DNA of 35,448 nt from an uncultured Candidatus Saccharibacteria bacterium (GTDB taxonomy: Bacteria > Patescibacteriota > Andersenbacteria > UBA10190): assembly GCA_964413615.1 (NCBI GenBank), contig CAYPSL010000004.1, positions 1 to 35,448 on the forward strand, written 5' to 3'. The translations under genes were made by a program, and so were the position numbers. Numbering within the stretch: position 1 is the first letter of the stretch; each line of letters begins with the position of its first letter. Under the pieces are notes generated by a model. The model did not search any database. It saw only the letters and a list, made by a program, of their open reading frames with translations, and was not told where the DNA came from. This document shows, piece after piece, positions 17,014-23,800 of this stretch.

Positions 17014-17793
17014 ATGATAGATACTCATGCACATGTAAACGCATCGGAATTTGATGATGATCGAGACGATGTTATGCGTCGCGCACGGGAATCCGGGGTT
17101 GGTGCATGGATTGAGGTTGGTACAGACATTGCAAGCAGCAGGGCTGCAATTGAGCTAGCCAAAAAAACACCGGGAGTGTATGCATCTATTGGCGTGCATC
17201 CAGATGAAATTGCTGATTTGAATGAAGTGGATTGGAAAACGTTAGAATCATACGCATTGCACCATACCGTGTGCGCAATCGGGGAAGTGGGCTTTGATAC
17301 CTTTCGAGATGGTGTTATTGCTGATCAAGAAGTTGTGTTGCGCCGGTTTATAGCGCTTGCGCAGGCAGCTTGTAAGCCTATGATCTTTCATGTGCGTAGT
17401 GGAAATAGCGTAGACGCGCATTTTGAATTGCTTCGCGTACTTGCCTCGTATCCAAAATCAGAGCTTCCGCGGGGAGTTATCCATACATTTAGCGGAAATA
17501 CAGCTCAAGCAAAGCAGTATATTGAACTTGGCATGATGATCTCTTTTTCCGGAGTTATTACATTTAAAAATGCGGGCGAGTTGCCAGAAATTGCAAAGAG
17601 CATCCCACTTGATTCTGTGCTCGTAGAAACTGATTGCCCGTTTTTAACTCCCGAGCCCCACAGGGGAAAGAGGAACGAAATGGCATACGTAAAACATGTT
17701 ATCGAGAAGATTGCAGATATTCGAGCTGTGCCTTTTGCAGATGTGGAAAAGGCAACGGAAGAAAACGCAAAAAACCTATTTATTTTGGGATAA
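17014..17793 (+). CDS. tatD: TatD family metal-dependent hydrolase/DNase
   Basis: Canonical N-terminus MIDTHAH. Also GEVGFD, HVRS, IHTFSG and ETDCPFLTP. An upstream in-frame ATG at 17002 is possible. TATTAT at 16998-17003 lies 10 nt before ATG 17014. Confidence 0.9.
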   Translation: MIDTHAHVNASEFDDDRDDVMRRARESGVGAWIEVGTDIASSRAAIELAKKTPGVYASIGVHPDEIADLNEVDWKTLESYALHHTVCAIGEVGFDTFRDGVIADQEVVLRRFIALAQAACKPMIFHVRSGNSVDAHFELLRVLASYPKSELPRGVIHTFSGNTAQAKQYIELGMMISFSGVITFKNAGELPEIAKSIPLDSVLVETDCPFLTPEPHRGKRNEMAYVKHVIEKIADIRAVPFADVEKATEENAKNLFILG

Positions 17794-17818
17794 ATAAGGA
17801 TATTTTGGTTAGAAAACA

Positions 17819-17827
17819 TGCTACAAT
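17819..17827 (+). promoter_or_regulatory. extended -10 promoter element TGcTACAAT upstream of the giant gene
   Basis: TGC TACAAT at 17819-17827. GGAGAAGG (17866-17873) precedes the GTG start at 17881, so this gene, unlike its neighbours, has a leader of about 45-50 nt with an SD. Confidence 0.5.
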
Positions 17828-17880
17828 GTATGTATGCCTGTATATAAGGACGTAGTCTTATTTGTGGAGAAGGTTTTTCT

Positions 17881-20800
17881 GTGCCTGTAATTCAGTTCTC
17901 GCGATTTTTTAGAGGAGATGCATTTCGGTTCGGCCTTGCTCGCGCTCTTCCGTTCACTATTATTTTCACTCTTGTCTTTAGCGGACTCGGGTTGTTTTAT
18001 CCGGAGAAAGCTTTAGCTGCGACTACTACCTATAATTCTGGTTCTGGTAATTTCGTCGTTCCTGCTGGGGTTACAAGCTTGCAGATTGAGGGTTGGGGTG
18101 CCGGCGGTGGCGGAGGTTCTGGAGAAACGGGTGCAGGATCGGGCGATGATGGTGGTGGAGGTGGTGGAGGTGGGTACTTTATAGAAACTGCCGCTTCGGT
18201 TACCCCTGGGCAAAACGTAGCATATAGCGTAGGTGCCGGAGGTGCTGGGCGTGCGCTTGATAGTGCAACAAACGGAGGTAATGGGGGCGCAACTACGGTA
18301 TCAACATTTTCATTAACGGCAAATGGCGGTACGGGCGGACAGGCTATTGATAATGGCGGCGCAGGAGGCGCAGGAGGAACGGCGAGCGGAGGAGACACAA
18401 ACACTACCGGAAGCGCGGGTACATCTACTGCTGCCGGAGGTAACGGTGGAGCTTCTCCAAACGGTGGCGCTGCGCAAACAACGGATGGCGCTGCTGGTAA
18501 TGCGCCGGGTGGCGGAGGTGCGAGTTCCGATGAAAGCCCTGGAGATTCAGGCGCTGGTGCTGCGGGGCGGGTTACATTTACATACACAGCGAGCTTAAGT
18601 ATTTCTGGTACGGTGTATTCCGATGAAGGAAGCACTACACTTGGAAGTAAGGGAATCGCTCTTTCGGTAAACGGCGCAGCTGCATCTTCAACTACAACAG
18701 CTGCGGCAAACGGAACATACACCCTTACAGGCGTAACTGCAGTTGCGGGGGATGTTCTTACAATCTATTTAGATGGCGAAACGGAGGATGCAGTTACGGT
18801 AACTGTTGCAAACGGCTCAGATTTAACGGGTATAAATTTATATCAGGATCGATTAATTACTCGCCATGATAATTCCAGCTCTCTTACGAATACGAATTTG
18901 GATACTGCGGACAATAACGCAGATGCAGATATTACCGCTATTTACGGAGTAAGCGGAGGCACGCTTACGTTAGCTGCTGACAAGCATTTATATATCCCTG
19001 CAAGTAATACGTATGCTCCTGGAGGGAACATTTCTCTCTCCGGAAATTTTACGAATGCAGGAACATTTACAAAGGGTACAGGCACCGTCACGTTTACCAA
19101 GGGGTCTTCAACTCAAACAGTAAACGGAGGAAGTAGTAGTTTTTATAATCTTACCCACTCTGGCGCTGGTACGCTGCAGCTTGCAACCAGCACGCTTACG
19201 GTGAGCAATGCTCTTACCAATAGTGCGGGCATACTCGACCTTGCAGGAATAAACCTCACAACAACGGGAGCTACTATTAGCAATACCGCAACAATTCAGC
19301 TACAGGGAGGGGAAACGGTTACCGGTTTTACGAACGATACCGATTCCGGAACGGTTAATTATAACGGTACAACAAGTTATGCGAGCTTAGCTGCAGGAGC
19401 TACCTATTACAACCTTACCTTTAACGGAAGCGGGGGAACATGGGCTTCTGCTGCTTCTACTGCAGTATATGGCGCCCTTACAGTTACAACGGGCACATAC
19501 AATGCCAATGGGCAAACCACAGCCGTAACCGGCCTTACCACCGTATCTGGCGGAACCTACAGCGCGTCTACTGCAACACAAACATTAACCGGAGGGTTAA
19601 CTATTTCTTCAGGAACGTTTACAGCGTCAACGGGATTAGTTGGAATTACGGATAATCTTTTAGTATCCGGAGGAACATTTACGGGGTCTTCGGGAACAGT
19701 AGATGTTTTGGGCAATGTTACCCTTTCAAGCGGTACACTCACCGCTCCATCGGGAACATTCACCGTTGCAGGTAACTGGAGTAAGAGCGGAGGAACGTTT
19801 ACCCCGGGAACCGGCACGGTTACGTTTAACAGGGCGACGTCTATGTCCACGAGCGCAACTGCACCAACTTCAGCGGCAACAGTGACTATTCCCGCGAGGG
19901 GTATTTTTCCAGGAAGCGTAGTGCCTTGGACAAATCCATCGAATGCGCTTGCGCAAGATGGCGTGTATGCAACAGCTACAATTAATGACAGTGATGATAC
20001 TGAAGCGCTCTGGCTTAGAGGGTTTAATTTTCGCGTTCCATCAAATGCAACAATCGTAGGAGTAACTGCGGCTGTTCGACGTAGTGGAGGCTCTGTTGTT
20101 GATGATTACCTTATTCAACTTATTGTGAATGGCGTATCTACGGGGGATAATAAAGCAGATACAGCAACTTCATGGGATCCTCTTGCAACAGTAAGTTACG
20201 GAGGAGCTGCGGATGGATGGGGGGCTTCCCTTACCCCGGCGCTTGTAAAAGATAGTTCAAATTTTGGAATTGCTATTGCTGCAAACGGTGGGAGTAATGG
20301 TGATAACGCAACAGCGAGTATTGATAATGCTACGCTCGATATTGCATATACTCTTGCGTCGGGTGATCAAACAATTGATTCCGGAGGTAGTAGCTTCTAC
20401 AACGTCACTCACTCTGGCGCAGGTACACTGCAACTCTCTACAAGCGCCCTTACTGTTACCAACAACTTTGTTAACTCCGCTGGTACCTATGACGCAAACG
20501 GACTTGCAACAACCGTAACCGGCCTTACCACCGTATCTGGCGGAACCTACAGCGCATCAACTGCAACACAAACCTTTACTGGAGGCCTCACTGTTAGTGG
20601 AGGAACGCTCACCGGAAGCTCTGGCGCAATTGACGTAGATGGAGATGTTACCCTTTCAAGCGGTACACTCACCGCTCCATCAGGAACATTCACCGTTGCA
20701 GGTAACTGGGCAAAGAGCGGAGGAACGTTTACTCCGGGAACGAATACCGTAACGTTCGACAAAGGTTCCTCAACCCAAACCCTTAACTCTGGTTCTTCTA

Positions 20801-23800
20801 GCTTCTACAACGTCACCCACTCTGGTGCTGGTACGCTGCAGCTTGCAACCAGTACGCTCACAATTACGAATGCTCTTACAAATAGCGGAGGGATATTTGA
20901 TCTTGCGGGAGTAAACCTTACAACAACAGGAGCTACTATTAGTAATACTGCAATTATTCGGCTTCAGGGCGGAGAAACTCTTACAGGGTTTACGAACGAT
21001 ACTGATTCGGGAACAGTTACCTATAATGGAACAAGTACATATGCTAGCCTTGTTGCGGGAAATTCGTATTACAACCTTACTTTTGACGGAAGTGGAGGAA
21101 CCTGGACGCTTGCAGCTACTCTTGATGTAAACGCAAACCTTACGATTACTACCGGAACACTTGCTGCGGGAAGCAATGCTATTACGCTTGCGGGAAATTG
21201 GAGTAATGCAGCTTCTTTCACAGAAGGCACGGGAACGGTTACGTTTGATGGTACTGGAGCACAAACGCTTACCGGCGAAACATTTTACAACTTAACAATT
21301 AACAATACGGCTGCATCTCCGGATGACAGTACTGATGTTGATAGTAGTGCTGCGGTAACGGTTTCAAACACGTTAACGGTAACAGATGGCCAGTTCCAGC
21401 CTACGACGGCTTCAGATTTTTCTGCAGTTACTATTTCAACGAACGGTATTTTAAAGCCTGATAGTGGAGCAGCTATTACGGTATCGGGAGCATGGAGTAA
21501 TTCAGGAACATTTACTGCAAATTCTGGAACGGTAACGTTGGATGGCGTAACGCAAACTGTTACTGGTGCTACAACCTTTTATAATCTTTCCAAAACAGAG
21601 GCAACGGATAATTCAACGGATGAAACAGTTACCTTTACTGCCAGCACGACATATACGATTACCAATACCCTTACCTTAAACGGAAGAGACACAAACGATA
21701 GAATTAATATCTTGTCGAGCAGTGGAGGGTCGAGATTTACTTTGGATGTAACAGGCGCTGCGCAATCGGGAGACTATTTGGATGTTACAGATTCCCAAGC
21801 TTCTACAAACAATATTACGTGTACGGATTGTGTGAATGGCGGAGGGAATGATGATGGAGAAGCTGCGCCTCATTGGATATTTATTACATCTTCTTCTATT
21901 GCGGGTACGGTATATTCCGATGAAGGGACAACTCCTCTTGGAAGTATGGGAATTGCCGTTTCTGTTAACGGTGCTGCTGCAGCCGCCACTACAACGAGTG
22001 CAGGGGATGGAACGTATACACTCTCTAACGTTGCGGTAGCGGCAGGGGATATTCTTACAATTTACCTTGATGGGAATACAGAAAAAGCAGTTACGGTCAC
22101 CGCAGCTACGGGGAATAACCTTACCGGAATCAATCTGTATCAGGATCGATTAATTACTCGGCATGATAATTCAGGTTCGCTCACGAATGCTAATCTTGAA
22201 ACGGCGGAAACAAATGCTGATTCGGATATCTCTAGTATTTACGCAGTAAGCGGAGGCACGCTTACGTTAGCCGCTGATAAGCATTTATATATTCCAGCTA
22301 GCCATACCTATGCTCCGGGAGGCGATATTTCTCTTTCGGGGAATTTTACGAATATTGGAACATATACAACAGGAACAAACACTGTAACGTTCACAAAGGG
22401 TGCGAGCACTCAAACGCTAAGGTCCGGCGGCTCCTCTTTCTACAACGTCACTCACTCTGGCGCAGGTACACTGCAACTCTCTACAAGCGCCCTTACTGTT
22501 ACCAACAACTTTGTTAACTCCGCTGGTACCTATGACGCAAACGGACTTGCAACAACCGTAACCGGCCTTACCACCGTATCTGGCGGAACCTACAGCGCAT
22601 CAACTGCAACACAAACCTTTACTGGAGGCCTCACTGTTAGTGGAGGAACGCTCACCGGAAGCTCTGGCGCAATTGACGTAGATGGAGATGTTACCCTTTC
22701 AAGCGGTACACTCACCGCTCCATCAGGAACATTCACCGTTGCAGGTAACTGGGCAAAGAGCGGAGGAACGTTTACTCCGGGAACGAATACCGTAACGTTC
22801 GACAAAGGTTCCTCAACCCAAACCCTTAACTCTGGTTCTTCTAGCTTCTACAACGTCACCCACTCTGGTGCTGGTACGCTGCAGCTTTCTACTAATGCCC
22901 TTACTGTTACAAATAACTTTACGAGTTCTGCAGGTACTTATGATGCAAACGGACTTGCAACGAGTGTAACCGCAACTACAACTGTTACTGATAGTACATA
23001 TACCGGCTCAACTGCTGCACAAACATTTTCCGGTACACTTTCATTAACAGGCGCAACTCTTACCACTACGGGTGCAGGGTCTTTCATACTAGGAAGCAAT
23101 GTTACGGGAAATTCTTCTGCCACTTCTTCTACAATCAGTGGCTCGCTTGATCTTGGCGGTTCAACAAGGACATTTACCATTGCGGATGGCGCCGCAACCA
23201 ATGACATTAGTATTTCCGCTGTTATTAGTAATGGCGGTGTTACAAAAGCAGGCGCTGGCAAAATGGTGCTATCTGGGACAAATACCTACACAGGAGCCAC
23301 TACTGTTTCTGCGGGTATTCTTAATATTCAAAATGTTAACGCAACAGGAACAACTGCAGGGGGAGTATCGGTAACAAGCGGAGCTGCGCTTGAAGTGCAG
23401 GGTGGAATTGCAGTCGGAGCCGAAGCTATTACATTAAACGGAACGGGAATATCTTCCGGAGGTGCACTTCGCAACATTAGCGGCGCAAACTCATTCTCGG
23501 GAACAATTACGTTAGGTTCGGCATCTTCTGTTGCGGTTGATGCAGGAAGCTTGGCCTTAAGCGGAGTTATTAGCGGGGGAAGCAACAGCTTCACAAAGAC
23601 TGGGCCTGAGACCCTCACCTTAAGCAATACGGCAACGGTCGGGAACTTTACTATATCTGCCGGTACAGTAGCTGCGGCAAGCAATACTATTAATGTGGGA
23701 GGAACTTGGAGTAACTCGGGAACGTTTACTCCAAGCACAAGCACGCTTACATTAACGGGTACATCTACATTTGCTGATACTACGTCGCTCTACAATCTCA

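Noticed and set aside
16981-17034. Longer version of the minus-strand membrane gene (start at 17034), overlapping tatD by 33 nt head-to-head
   Set aside because: The extension (MCMSIYHIALHNTIYSFY) adds no hydrophobic helix and would overlap the conserved MIDTHAH start of tatD. The internal ATG at 16980 gives a clean divergent pair. This remains uncertain.
18030-18722. 230-aa Pro-rich ORF on the minus strand, antisense to the glycine-rich region of the giant gene
   Set aside because: It is the reverse complement of GGN-rich coding sequence (Gly codons read as Pro). It has no start context and is fully embedded in a much longer, well-supported + strand ORF.
20547-22805. Two identical 71-aa minus-strand ORFs (20547-20762 and 22590-22805), which could be mistaken for a duplicated small gene
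   Set aside because: They are antisense shadows of the identical 450-bp coding repeat in the giant gene. Their identity only reports the DNA duplication.
19500-22900. Possible diversity-generating retroelement (template/variable repeat pair) or CRISPR-like array, given the repeated segments
   Set aside because: Differences between the diverged copies are not confined to adenine positions. They include a 60-nt indel. No reverse transcriptase or cas gene is nearby. The repeats are hundreds of bp long, in-frame and coding, with no short spacer periodicity.
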